Assembly: GCA_016188355.1 (NCBI GenBank) | Contig: JACPHY010000001.1 | Location: 111,505-175,504 of the forward strand | DNA from: Candidatus Uhrbacteria bacterium | GTDB taxonomy: Bacteria; Patescibacteriota; Patescibacteriia; JACPHY01 | Direction of reading: 5' to 3' | Length of the DNA stretch: 64,000 nucleotides | Part shown: positions 20,630 through 29,983 of the stretch, one piece after another | How the letters are laid out: every line of letters starts with the position of its first letter | Numbering within the stretch: the stretch's first letter is position 1 | Position numbers and translations under genes: made by a program | The notes under the pieces: generated by a model | The model's input: the letters and a program-made list of their open reading frames with translations, nothing else | Databases searched by the model: none | What the model was told of the DNA's origin: nothing

Positions 20630-21399
20630 TGATTGTTGCTATGGCCAACCATTCCCATCAATGTGCACGTTGTCTCGAGATCCCAGACTATGGGACATTT
20701 CTCTCCGTGTGTTGGCGTGATGGTGAGCACTTTCCGGCGGAACGCCGTGCATTCGGATTCGCATTGGCCGCCGCCGCATTGCTCGGCATCTTGGTCTACG
20801 TGGCGTATTGGGCATTCCTCATCGACATTCCGGGATTCGCGGGTCGCATTGGTCCGCATCTCCCCTATGTGGTGTTGAGTGCCGTGGCGGTGACGTCGGC
20901 AACGTGGCATCTCAAAGCAGTGCGTCGTGAGTTGAGTGCCATGATGGCCATGATGGTAGGTATGACCTTTGGTATGATCGCGGGGTTTCTCGCGGGGTAC
21001 CTGGTGGGCGCGACGAATGGCATGTTTACGGGATCGGTGTTTGGCGTTCTCGTGGGATGCGCGTTGGGGTGGTATGTGAGTGATTGTTGCGCCATGATGT
21101 CGCGCATGGAAGGCATGATGGCTGGACTCATGTCGGGTACGATGGGTGCAATGACCGCAGTGATGCTGCTCAATGATCGACTCGCGTGGTTCACGCCGTT
21201 CTTGCTTGCGGTGTGCCTGGTGGTACTCTCGGGTTGTTCGTACCTCACCCACCGAGAGTACCGGGAGCGGCAGGGGGTACAGGTCACGTTCCGGGGAACG
21301 GGATTTCTCCCGGTGCTGGTGATGAGTTTTCTGAGCGTCACGGTAACCCTGCTGATTATGGTTGGCGGTCCGAAGTCCGTGCTGTTCCTCGGATTTTAA
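20626..21399 (+). CDS. Met-rich polytopic membrane protein of unknown function, co-transcribed with copA
   Basis: N-terminal HSHQCARC followed by about 6 TM helices rich in Met ([28 protein letters not shown]). Overlaps the copA stop by 4 nt. Confidence 0.5.
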   Translation: MMIVAMANHSHQCARCLEIPDYGTFLSVCWRDGEHFPAERRAFGFALAAAALLGILVYVAYWAFLIDIPGFAGRIGPHLPYVVLSAVAVTSATWHLKAVRRELSAMMAMMVGMTFGMIAGFLAGYLVGATNGMFTGSVFGVLVGCALGWYVSDCCAMMSRMEGMMAGLMSGTMGAMTAVMLLNDRLAWFTPFLLAVCLVVLSGCSYLTHREYRERQGVQVTFRGTGFLPVLVMSFLSVTVTLLIMVGGPKSVLFLGF

Positions 21400-21402
21400 T
21401 GT

Positions 21403-21840
21403 ATGTCTACAGCACCATCATATCGTTGGTGGACTCGCGTGGGCATCCTCCTCATGGCAGGAGTTACGGTGTTCTCTTTTGTGCGTGCGGGTCAGAAGAT
21501 GTGGGGCGGGGGAATGGTATCGCGTGCTGCTCCGGCATCGATCACCGCAACCAATGCGGTGATCGGCGCAGATGGCATCCAGCGGGTGACGCTTGGCTTT
21601 GGGCGATTGAACTACAACCCAGCCGCCATCCGCGTTCGTCGGGGAATTCCGGTGGCGCTCACCGCCGATCGGACCGTCGGTGGCTGCTTTTCCTCGTTTG
21701 TGATTCCGGAGCTGAATGTGTGGAAGCAGTTTTCCGAAACGGATCGCACCATCACCTTTACCCCGAATCGTTCGGGAACATTCCGATTCACATGCGCGAT
21801 GGGGATGGGCGATGGACGATTGATTGTCGAAGAAAGTTAG
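21403..21840 (+). CDS. Membrane-anchored cupredoxin-like (Cupredoxin_1/plastocyanin-like) protein
   Basis: N-terminal TM helix, then a beta-sandwich pattern ending FRFTCAMGMGDGRLIVEE, comparable to the cupredoxin F-x-C-x(3-4)-H/M-x-x-M-x-G-x-L-x-V-E C-terminus. Confidence 0.55.
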   Translation: MSTAPSYRWWTRVGILLMAGVTVFSFVRAGQKMWGGGMVSRAAPASITATNAVIGADGIQRVTLGFGRLNYNPAAIRVRRGIPVALTADRTVGGCFSSFVIPELNVWKQFSETDRTITFTPNRSGTFRFTCAMGMGDGRLIVEES

Positions 21841-21841
21841 T

Positions 21842-22228
21842 ATGGCGCGGTCCGCATCATTCCTCGCGGCGATGGGCGGGTGTCTCGGGGTGTTCTGTCC
21901 TGCATGCATCCCTGCGCTCGCGGTGTTCCTTCCAACGATCGGATTGGGATTCCTTGCATCGCTCACCGCGAGCTGGCTGCTCTTGCTCGTTGCCGTGGGC
22001 GGGGCGCTTCTCGGGCTTCACCTGTCCGCGTTGGTGCATCGGCGACATGCACCGTTCTTCATTGGACTGTTCGCTAGCCTCCTGCTCATTGCTGGTCGGG
22101 GATTTTTCTTGGACCGTGTGATGATTTGGACGGCGAGCGCGGGACTACTGATCGCCGCGGTGTGGGATTACCGCTGCCGGAGGAAATCGACTGCTGCGGT
22201 ATGTGTCCCCGCAACGACGGTGCGGTAA
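21842..22228 (+). CDS. MerC-family heavy-metal transporter-like membrane protein
   Basis: TM1 motif MGGCLGVFCPACIPALAVFLPTIGLGFL resembles the MerC N-terminal GCAACFPALA...IGLGFL metal-binding helix (from memory). 4 TM helices and a C-terminal Cys pair. Confidence 0.5.
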   Translation: MARSASFLAAMGGCLGVFCPACIPALAVFLPTIGLGFLASLTASWLLLLVAVGGALLGLHLSALVHRRHAPFFIGLFASLLLIAGRGFFLDRVMIWTASAGLLIAAVWDYRCRRKSTAAVCVPATTVR

Positions 22229-22271
22229 TGAAGAGGCGCCTCCGACAGTAGATCGGTGGCGCCTCGGAGCA

Positions 22272-22820
22272 TCAGTGGGGGAGCATCGAACCGAGTTGAC
22301 GTTGTTCGATCTCGGCAGCGGCGTTTTGGTAGGCTTCCGGATAGCGTTCGGCGACGAGGGGAGCGATGCGCGACGTGGTCATGGCATTCGTATGCGTGAC
22401 GACGTCGGCGACATCTTGGTATGCGCGCGTGAGCGCGTGGCGGCGGATCCATCGTCCCATCTGCGGACTTGGTCGGCGCACCAGGTAGTCGAGTGTGGCG
22501 TATACGACACCGCAGCCAATGATCCCCATGATGACCTCGTCCCGGGAGAGCGATGTCGAGAGAGGGTCGTTTGCATGGAGGATGCCTATATGGACGCCGA
22601 CCAAGATGCCGATGCCGATGGTCACTACGAAGAGGAGGTGATGCGTGATCGCTCCTATGATTCCTCCCATGAGTTCCGCACGTCGTCGCACGACTTGCGC
22701 ACGATTGCAGGCGATAACGAGTTGATCGAATGCGTGTTGCGCATCAGGAGGGAGTTCTGCTATTTCCGGGATGACGCTCAGGGGCTCCATGTGCCTCCTC
22801 CAAGGGACTGCGATGGACAA
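22272..22820 (-). CDS. Hypothetical membrane protein
   Basis: 182-aa ORF with 2 TM helices. No known motif. Confidence 0.4.
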   Translation of the reverse strand: MSIAVPWRRHMEPLSVIPEIAELPPDAQHAFDQLVIACNRAQVVRRRAELMGGIIGAITHHLLFVVTIGIGILVGVHIGILHANDPLSTSLSRDEVIMGIIGCGVVYATLDYLVRRPSPQMGRWIRRHALTRAYQDVADVVTHTNAMTTSRIAPLVAERYPEAYQNAAAEIEQRQLGSMLPH

Positions 22821-22903
22821 GAAAGGTACGTATCGATACGGCAGGGAACGCCGCTGGCATCGTCAAGGATTTCCGGATAGCATGATGAGGGTACGTGATG
22901 CAT

Positions 22904-22991
22904 GGTGGGGTCGCATAGTGGTCGAGTGCGCTCGCTTGGAAAGCGAGTAGACCGCAAGGTCTCGCGGGTTCGAATCCCGCCCCCACCGCCA
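22904..22991 (+). tRNA. tRNA-Ser (anticodon GGA), type II with a long variable arm, CCA encoded
   Basis: Acceptor GGTGGGG/CCCCACC, anticodon stem CTCGC/GCGAG with loop TTGGAAA, long variable arm, T-loop GGTTCGAATCC, discriminator G + CCA. Confidence 0.85.
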
Positions 22992-23100
22992 GAGCGTCCA
23001 AGTGAGCAGCTGAGATACGGCAAGAGTTTTTGGCCCTTGTCCGCGACTCTTGGGGGGTGAGCTTGGACATAGGTACGTCCATCAAAACATCAAAAACTGA

Positions 23101-23133
23101 CGCCGATGTGGGCGTCAGTTTTTGATTTCTGAC
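23101..23133. terminator. Bidirectional intrinsic terminator (AAAAA-CTGACGCC-loop-GGCGTCAG-TTTTT)
   Basis: Perfect 8-bp GC-rich stem with a 6-nt loop, flanked by an A-run upstream and a T-run downstream, about 110 nt after tRNA-Ser. Confidence 0.7.
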
Positions 23134-23291
23134 CGTGAATCCCTCCGTGCCAAGTTTTAATGCCGTTCGCTGCTTTCTCAGCTTGAATCGCATCGTGCAC
23201 TTTGAAATGCAGGCGTGCGCGATGATCGCACACATCTCGGTACGCCGCTCGTCCTCAGGGACGGGCGGCGGTTGTGTGGATATAATGCAGT

Positions 23292-24632
23292 ATGAGAACG
23301 TGGTTGGATTTTCTTGAGCAGACAACTATGCGATGGCGTATCTTCGCTTCGGGTGCATGCGGGGCGCTCCTCCTGCCGTCATTTTTTGTTCCGTCACTGT
23401 TCTCGCACCTCCTCGCATTGCTCGCGATTGCGCCTGCGCTCGCGCTGATTGCGCCGCTTACCTGGTGGCCGCGCTATCTCGCGGGCCTTTGTTTTTTTGG
23501 TGCTTGGATTCTGCCGACGACGACGTGGTATTACCGTATTTTCCCGTGGTGGCTTGCGCTGCTGGCGTCCGTGGGGTACGTGACGCTCATTGCGCTCGCA
23601 TTTGCGCTCCCGGCGTTGTTCCGGCGCCGTCTCGTGATTCGGGATCTCGCGTTTACCGTAATTCCCTGGGCGCTCCTCGAGAGCGTGCGTCTCTACGCGC
23701 CCGTGACGCAGGATTGGTGGATTCCGCATCTCGCGAATACGCAGTGGCTCAACCCGTTGATCGTGCGCGCGGCAACATGGGGAGGGATCCCGACCGTGAT
23801 CGTGGTGGTGTTGCTGGTGAGCGCGACGCTCGCGTGGCTCGCGATGCGTCCGCGGCGGCATATGGCGATCATGGGGGTGGGTTTCGTGCTGGGTGCGTGC
23901 GCGCTCTATGCGGCAGCGATGCGTACGTGGGATTTTGATACCCCATATCGTGTCCTCGTGGTGGGAGTCCAGGCACCGCCGCATGGGGGTATCCGCGCCA
24001 ACGCGGACGCATCGGATGTCCAGGAGCTCATGCGCATGACGGCGGATGCGGTGCAGTCACTGAAGTACACGGGTCAAGTATTGTTCGTCGTTTGGCCGGA
24101 AAACATGATTGCGGAATCCGAGAGCGTGCGTATTGGGGAGTTTGCACGCGCGCAGGGAATCTTCTTGGTATGGAATCGGGCAGAATCCGTCCCCGGCGCT
24201 CCCGATCGTCCTGCGAACACTGCGGTGTATTCCGGGGCGGATGCACCGAATGCGGCGGTGCAGGTGCTCGCATGGAAACGGCATGCGGCGCCCAGCGAGC
24301 AGATCACGACCGGGGCATTTTCTTCTCCGCTCCAGATCGTGGGGCATCGGGTCGTGGGCGCAATTTGTTATGATCTCCATTATCCGGATATCGGAGAGCG
24401 GCTCCGTGGTCACCATTTGGTTCTCGGAATGATCGATGATGATCGGTATGGGACGCTGTTGCCGTACCTCCATGCATCCGATGTCGTCTACCGTGCGGCG
24501 CAGCATCGGATTCCGATTGCGACCGGGTCGACGAGCGGTCCTACGATGGCGGTCGATCGATTTGGCGTCGTTCGGGCAGGACCATTACCGATCGGCGTGC
24601 GTGGCGTGATGGCGAGCGAATTGGCGTGGTAG
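23292..24632 (+). CDS. lnt: Apolipoprotein N-acyltransferase
   Basis: N-terminal polytopic membrane domain plus a C-terminal CN-hydrolase domain with VVWPE (Glu), K and AICYDLHYP (Cys) catalytic-triad context. Confidence 0.75.
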   Translation: MRTWLDFLEQTTMRWRIFASGACGALLLPSFFVPSLFSHLLALLAIAPALALIAPLTWWPRYLAGLCFFGAWILPTTTWYYRIFPWWLALLASVGYVTLIALAFALPALFRRRLVIRDLAFTVIPWALLESVRLYAPVTQDWWIPHLANTQWLNPLIVRAATWGGIPTVIVVVLLVSATLAWLAMRPRRHMAIMGVGFVLGACALYAAAMRTWDFDTPYRVLVVGVQAPPHGGIRANADASDVQELMRMTADAVQSLKYTGQVLFVVWPENMIAESESVRIGEFARAQGIFLVWNRAESVPGAPDRPANTAVYSGADAPNAAVQVLAWKRHAAPSEQITTGAFSSPLQIVGHRVVGAICYDLHYPDIGERLRGHHLVLGMIDDDRYGTLLPYLHASDVVYRAAQHRIPIATGSTSGPTMAVDRFGVVRAGPLPIGVRGVMASELAW

Positions 24633-24875
24633 GTGCTGCGGACGTCCATACGGAGGCCTGCCGTATGTGGGGATTTTGGACGATCCGGAAGGATCGCTTT
24701 GTTTGGCGTTGGGCTGATGGGGAGACCGAGGGCAAAAAGACGCGGCACTGGTTGTTGACAGTTCCGCTCCTGCAAGCTGCGCTCGTCTGAATGTGCCGCG
24801 GTTGCTTTATGCGGGGATTTCCGGTAGCCTAGAAAAGTGTTCGTTCCAAATCTCGGTGTTGCATGGGAGGGTCGG

Positions 24876-25772
24876 ATGCACCAAGAGATCGTCGATGCGG
24901 CGACCGCCTGTGGGCAGCTGCTCCGTTCGCAGTGGCTTCAGGGGCCGCTCCCTTACCGTCGCAAGGCAGATGACAGCATGCAGACGGAGTGGGATGTGCT
25001 GGTGGAGGAGCGCTTGAGTGAGGTGATTGCGCGCGTGGATCCTGCCGCGGTGATCATTGGGGAAGAGGCGAGCGGAGGGAGGTTCCGATCGTCCTGGACC
25101 CCGGGAACGTCGATGTACTTCATCGACCCCATCGATGGCACGGGTACGTTTGTCGCACGGGAGTTCGCCTATTGCGTGAGCGTGACGCGTATCGCGCGCG
25201 ACGGCGCACTGTCCGCAGTGATTGTGCGTCCTGCCTATGAGGAAGTCTGCGTGATTGATGGGTCGGGCATTCACTGCGTGCAATTCGGATTTTCTGTGCC
25301 GCTCCTGCCTGCTGCGCTGCCTCGTTTTTCGCCGTTACAGGCGCTCACGTCGTTTGCGCCGGGAGATCTCCTCCTCACGCACTCGCAGATGCATCGCAGC
25401 GTCATATCGAAATTTCCCGGGAAAACGCGTTCCTTTGGCTCGCTCATCTATCATGCGCTGAGCGTGGCGCGTGGAGGTGCGGTCGCTGCGCTGCTGCCGG
25501 TGGGTGAGCCGTGGGATCGTCTGCCGATCCTTGCGATCATGGGTGCACTGGGCGGAGAGCTGAGCGTCTTGCATGGAGCACCGCTGACGGTACCGCAGCT
25601 GCTCGCGCAGGAATTCCATGGATCCTGTAGCTGTACGCCGATGCTCATTGCGGCGCACCCGGGTACTCGTGCGCTCCTCGAGCCGATGCTGGAGTCGGTG
25701 TGCTGTGCGGCACGGATGATGAGCCGATTTCGCGAGATGCGGGGGGAGCTTGACGAACAGGCGCAGGGGTGA
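24876..25772 (+). CDS. Inositol monophosphatase / CysQ-family phosphatase
   Basis: IIGEEASG and FIDPIDGTGTF metal-binding motifs of the IMPase fold. Confidence 0.7.
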   Translation: MHQEIVDAATACGQLLRSQWLQGPLPYRRKADDSMQTEWDVLVEERLSEVIARVDPAAVIIGEEASGGRFRSSWTPGTSMYFIDPIDGTGTFVAREFAYCVSVTRIARDGALSAVIVRPAYEEVCVIDGSGIHCVQFGFSVPLLPAALPRFSPLQALTSFAPGDLLLTHSQMHRSVISKFPGKTRSFGSLIYHALSVARGGAVAALLPVGEPWDRLPILAIMGALGGELSVLHGAPLTVPQLLAQEFHGSCSCTPMLIAAHPGTRALLEPMLESVCCAARMMSRFREMRGELDEQAQG

Positions 25773-26476
25773 TAGCCTCCGCGTGGAGGCAGTACATGCG
25801 AAGTGCTAGTTTCCGAGCGTATCGGATTGGCGCTGCGATCGCGATCACGGCGTACTCCGTTCCCGCGGTCGCGAAGTTCACCGCAGCAGATGCTGCGCGC
25901 ATCCATGGGGCCACGATCCTCCGCATCGCCGATGCGACCGTGACGCTGGACGAGTTCGCTCAGTATCCGTTGCCGTCCGCAGAGTGCGTGGTTTGGGTGC
26001 AGGTAGCACTGCCGGATGCGCGTTTGCCGCGCTTGCTGCTCCAGCATGATCGGCGCGCAGATGGGGCAATGGATGTGGTCGCGGTCGCGCCAGCACAATA
26101 CCGCGCCGCATTCCGTGATCTCGCGACGGACTTCCTTGCATCGCTGCCCTATCACATCACCACATCGTCCGTGACGCACGATCGTGGTTGTGATGTGCGC
26201 GTGTCCGGTGTGCTGGTCGGAAAAGGAGCGAAGCCATGGGCGCACGAGGATTTCATCCGGCTCATTGCGACCGAGTACGCGCGATCGGGTCCTCCGGAGA
26301 TTCAGTACATCTGTACGGATATCCCTACCTGGATCGCACGTGCCTACCCCGTGGTTTTCCGGCGCGTGGTTCCCTCCGAATTTCGGGGGAAGCAGGTGCT
26401 CGCCGAATTGGATACGGATACATCTCGACTGCGATTGGATCGCGCACAGCCGCGGACGTCTCCGCGCGTGCCATAG
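25769..26476 (+). CDS. Hypothetical secreted/anchored protein
   Basis: 235-aa ORF with a hydrophobic N-terminus, start overlapping the upstream stop. No motif recognised. Confidence 0.4.
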   Translation: MIASAWRQYMRSASFRAYRIGAAIAITAYSVPAVAKFTAADAARIHGATILRIADATVTLDEFAQYPLPSAECVVWVQVALPDARLPRLLLQHDRRADGAMDVVAVAPAQYRAAFRDLATDFLASLPYHITTSSVTHDRGCDVRVSGVLVGKGAKPWAHEDFIRLIATEYARSGPPEIQYICTDIPTWIARAYPVVFRRVVPSEFRGKQVLAELDTDTSRLRLDRAQPRTSPRVP

Positions 26477-26573
26477 ATGGTTCATACGCCGCCCACCTCC
26501 GTGGGCGGCGGTTGCATGTTTGTATGGCGCTCCGGTTGCCTGCGCCCGCGGCGCGGCATACGATATCTTCGGT

Positions 26574-27407
26574 ATGCGGATGCACCTCTCCCTTGTTCGG
26601 GCGCTCAGTATCGGCAGTTTTCTTGGTATTGCGGTGGCGCTCCTCTGGATGCGCGTGGAGGCATCGACGAGCAGCGTGCCGAGTCCGGAGAGCGATGTGG
26701 TGGTCGCTCCGGAGCCATTGGCATTGTCGGGACTCGGGGGGGGTGACGATGAGCTCCTCGTGGAGCCTGTTCCATTGCCCGCCGCTCGCCCAGTGGTCAT
26801 CACCAATACTCCTCCTGCTCCTCCGGATGCTCGGGTGGTTCGTTTGCGAGTGCCATTTGTTTCGCAGGCACCATTTCGGATTTGGAACCTTCCCTATAAA
26901 GAATTTTGTGAGGAGGCGTCGCTCCTGACGTTGCATCTCTGGAAACAGGGGAAGCCCACTCCGCCTGCGGATGCGCTCGATCGCGCACTCAAAGAACTGC
27001 AAGCGTGGGAAACGGAGCAACTCGGTACCTGGGAGGACACCACGGCAGTGCAGGGGGTGCGCCTCCTTCGCGAGTATTTTGGATATGCCGATGCGCGGGT
27101 GGTGGAGTCGGTGTCGATTGATCGGATCAAGCGGGAACTCGACGCGGGCCGTCCGGTCGTGGTTCCTGCGGCGGGTCGTGCACTGCCGAACCCGTATTTC
27201 CAGCGACCGGGTCCGTTGTACCACATGCTCGTGATTATTGGGTACGACGATCGCGCGGGGGAATTCATCACAAATGATGTGGGGACGAACACGAAAGGCG
27301 CGGGGTTGCGGTATCGATACGATGATCTCTATCGAGCGATGGGAGACTGGTCTGAAGATCGCCACGCTCCGGATACCACGCGAAAGGTGATGATCGTGTT
27401 GAGCTGA
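26574..27407 (+). CDS. Peptidase C39-like (papain-fold, BtrH/C39_2-like) protein with an N-terminal TM anchor
   Basis: VPFVSQAP...NLPYKEFCEEASLLTL...YHMLVIIGYDD pattern characteristic of C39_2-family domains. An internal ATG was chosen within the longer ORF 26184..27407. Confidence 0.55.
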   Translation: MRMHLSLVRALSIGSFLGIAVALLWMRVEASTSSVPSPESDVVVAPEPLALSGLGGGDDELLVEPVPLPAARPVVITNTPPAPPDARVVRLRVPFVSQAPFRIWNLPYKEFCEEASLLTLHLWKQGKPTPPADALDRALKELQAWETEQLGTWEDTTAVQGVRLLREYFGYADARVVESVSIDRIKRELDAGRPVVVPAAGRALPNPYFQRPGPLYHMLVIIGYDDRAGEFITNDVGTNTKGAGLRYRYDDLYRAMGDWSEDRHAPDTTRKVMIVLS

Positions 27408-27613
27408 TGACGGTTCATTATGTGTAGGAGTGTTTTCGGAACGTGTTTTTCGCAGCAGGGAATGTCCTGCATGCGACGTGGCAGCGTCGTGCGCATGAAC
27501 TGCGGGAGTGGGTGATTGCGGCGAGAACTGCGGATCAGTTGCGATCGACATTGCCGGAGACATCGTATTTTGCTGGGGTCTCTTGATATGGTGCTTGGAG
27601 CACCGGAGGAGCT

Positions 27614-28003
27614 ATGCGTTGCATGCTGTCGACCACAGAACCAGCGGTGCAGTTTTTTCGGCGTGCGGGATACGCGTATCAGAAAGAGGAAGGCGGAGAG
27701 CTGGCATTCACCCGACGCGTCGGCGGGGCGTCGTTCCCGCGGTATCACGTGTACGTAACGGATGCGAATGGTGCGCGAGCGCAGCTGACGATCAATGTGC
27801 ACATTGATCAAAAACAGCCGACGTACACCGCGGGGAAAGTGCATAGCGGAGAATACGACGGACCGCTCGTGGAGCAGGAGCTCGCGCGACTACGACAGTT
27901 GGTACAGGGGCAGGAGGAACGGAATCGTGCGAGCACGGACGAACGAGCGCATCCGGACACGGCACCACCCAAGAAGGGGTGGTTTGGTCGATTGTTTTCG
28001 TGA
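27614..28003 (+). CDS. Hypothetical protein immediately upstream of dnaG
   Basis: 129-aa ORF with no recognised motif. Its stop abuts the dnaG N-terminal extension. Confidence 0.4.
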   Translation: MRCMLSTTEPAVQFFRRAGYAYQKEEGGELAFTRRVGGASFPRYHVYVTDANGARAQLTINVHIDQKQPTYTAGKVHSGEYDGPLVEQELARLRQLVQGQEERNRASTDERAHPDTAPPKKGWFGRLFS

Positions 28004-28039
28004 GTATCATGCGATCGGTTTGTTGGTTACTCCCTTTTT

Positions 28040-29899
28040 CTGTCTACCGTTGATGAAATCAAAGCGAAGATCGATCTTGCGGATTACCTGCGTGAGCAAG
28101 GTATTCCGGTGAAGCCTGCGGGCACCAGCCTGAAGGCGTGTTGCCCGTTCCATGCAGAAAAATCGCCGTCGTTCATGGTGAATCGCGCGAAGCAGGTGTG
28201 GTACTGCTTCGGGTGTGGGAAGGGTGGCGATCTTTTGACCTTCGTGCAAGAGCGTGAGGGGTTAGAATTTGCGGAGGCGCTGAAACTGCTCGCGGAGCGT
28301 GCGGGCATTCGTTTGGAAGCGGCGGATCCGCGACTTGAGGGCAAGAAAACACGATTACTTGCGGTGCTGGAGGAGGCGGCTCGTTTTTTCGCGCGGCAAC
28401 TGCAGGAGGGAGCCTCGGGCGCGGGAGCGCGCGCGTACGTGGCACAGCGACGCATTGCGGAGGCGATGATGGAGCGATTTGTGCTCGGATATGCGCCCGA
28501 TGCTTGGGATGCGCTCGCAACGTTTTTGATGCAGCGTGGTTTCCATGCGCAGGAGATCGTGGATGCTGGCCTCGGCATTCCGAGTCGTCGCGATGGTCAG
28601 TCGGTAGGAGAGGAGCGCATCCTCTCGGGAACTCGACTTTATGATCGTTTCCGGCATCGGCTCATGTTCCCGATCCACGATGTACACGGACGCATCGTGG
28701 GGTTTACCGGCCGCATCCTGGAGGGCGGGACGACCGTGGGTCGCGGTGATCCGCCGGCAAAGTACGTGAACACGCCGGAGACGGCGCTCTATAAAAAAGG
28801 GGCACTGTGCTACGGACTCGCGTTTGCGAAAGAGGCGATGCGGAAGAAGGGTGCCGTCATTGTAGTCGAAGGCAATGTGGATGTGATCACCTCGCACGGT
28901 GCAGGATGGCCGCAGACCGTCGCGGTATCGGGGACCGCATTGACGCCGGAGCAGTTACGGCTCTTGAAGCGATATGCAAGCACCATCCTCCTCGCGTTTG
29001 ATGCTGACCCCGCAGGGGCGGGCGCGGCGGAGCGTGGTATCGACGCAGCATTGGATGCGGGATTTGATGTGCGCATGATTCGGATGCCCACCGATGCAAC
29101 GGGGCAGGCAATTGCGAAAGACCCGGATGAGTGCATTCAGCGGGATCGTGCGGCATGGGAGCGTGCGGTCGCGAATCCGGTGCCGGTGTTGGATGAATAT
29201 CTCGCGCGCATCCGATCGCGATTTAACCTCCGAGTGCCCACCGAACAGCGGACGGCGGGGCAGATTATTGTGGGACACCTGGTGCATGTGGTGGATCCGA
29301 TTGAGCGCGCGGCGTGGGTGCGTCGATCGGCGGAGCTGTTGGGGGTGGGGGAATCGGCTATTCAGGAGGCGCTGCGGAAGCAGGTGCAGGGAATCACTGC
29401 CCCGGCAGCAGCTCCATCGCGTGCACCGGCGGCCGTGCTTTCCCAAGCAGACCCATTCGAGCGGCTCGGGAACCGACTCCTCGCGCTCCTCCTTCGTGCT
29501 CCAGGGGTATTTGCCCAGATTCGTTCGGTGCTCCAGGCGGAGGCATTCCCGACGTTGCCGCAGCGGGAGTTGTACAACCGGTTGGGAATCGAGTACACTC
29601 CACAGGAGAACGGAACGGCGAATGTTTCGGCATCCGAATTATCCACCGATGCCTACGTTGAGCGATTACAGCTCTTCGCCGACCGAGAGTTTGGGGATTT
29701 GGATGATGCGGAATTAATGCGCGAGGGGGAGCGCTGTGCTCGGACCCTGCAGCGGGAGCACGTGACGCGAGAACTTCGCGCGATTGCGGATGAATTGCGT
29801 TTGCTCGAGGGCGCGCGAGATCCTGCCGCTGCGGCACGTCTCGCAGATCTTGAGCGTCGGTTTCAGGTTCTGACGCACATACTTGCAACGTTTTCGTAG
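28040..29899 (+). CDS. dnaG: DNA primase. Its conserved N-terminus lies upstream of the first ATG and there is no canonical start codon in frame.
   Basis: CHC2 zinc finger CPFHAEKSPSFMV...YCFGCGKGGD, TOPRIM EGNVDVIT...DADPAGAGAA. The in-frame upstream codons encode VDEIKAKIDLADYLREQGIPVKPAG, the typical primase N-terminus, with a stop at 28001-28003. The only candidate start is CTG at 28040; there is no in-frame ATG/GTG/TTG between 28004 and 28109. Confidence 0.88.
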   Translation: MSTVDEIKAKIDLADYLREQGIPVKPAGTSLKACCPFHAEKSPSFMVNRAKQVWYCFGCGKGGDLLTFVQEREGLEFAEALKLLAERAGIRLEAADPRLEGKKTRLLAVLEEAARFFARQLQEGASGAGARAYVAQRRIAEAMMERFVLGYAPDAWDALATFLMQRGFHAQEIVDAGLGIPSRRDGQSVGEERILSGTRLYDRFRHRLMFPIHDVHGRIVGFTGRILEGGTTVGRGDPPAKYVNTPETALYKKGALCYGLAFAKEAMRKKGAVIVVEGNVDVITSHGAGWPQTVAVSGTALTPEQLRLLKRYASTILLAFDADPAGAGAAERGIDAALDAGFDVRMIRMPTDATGQAIAKDPDECIQRDRAAWERAVANPVPVLDEYLARIRSRFNLRVPTEQRTAGQIIVGHLVHVVDPIERAAWVRRSAELLGVGESAIQEALRKQVQGITAPAAAPSRAPAAVLSQADPFERLGNRLLALLLRAPGVFAQIRSVLQAEAFPTLPQRELYNRLGIEYTPQENGTANVSASELSTDAYVERLQLFADREFGDLDDAELMREGERCARTLQREHVTRELRAIADELRLLEGARDPAAAARLADLERRFQVLTHILATFS

Positions 29900-29983
29900 G
29901 GATCTGCTCCTCATCAGCGCCAACGCTGACGGGGATTGCTTGCTTTCTTCTGTGTGACCGCGTACCAGTGAAGCGCTTGTGCT

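Noticed and set aside
22744-23325. 193-aa ORF on the - strand
   Set aside because: It overlaps the tRNA-Ser gene and the bidirectional terminator. This is an implausible coding arrangement.
25451-26806. 451-aa ORF on the - strand spanning the IMPase 3' end through the C39-like gene
   Set aside because: It crosses three + strand genes that have a coherent organisation. Its product is Arg/Ser/Gly-rich low complexity.
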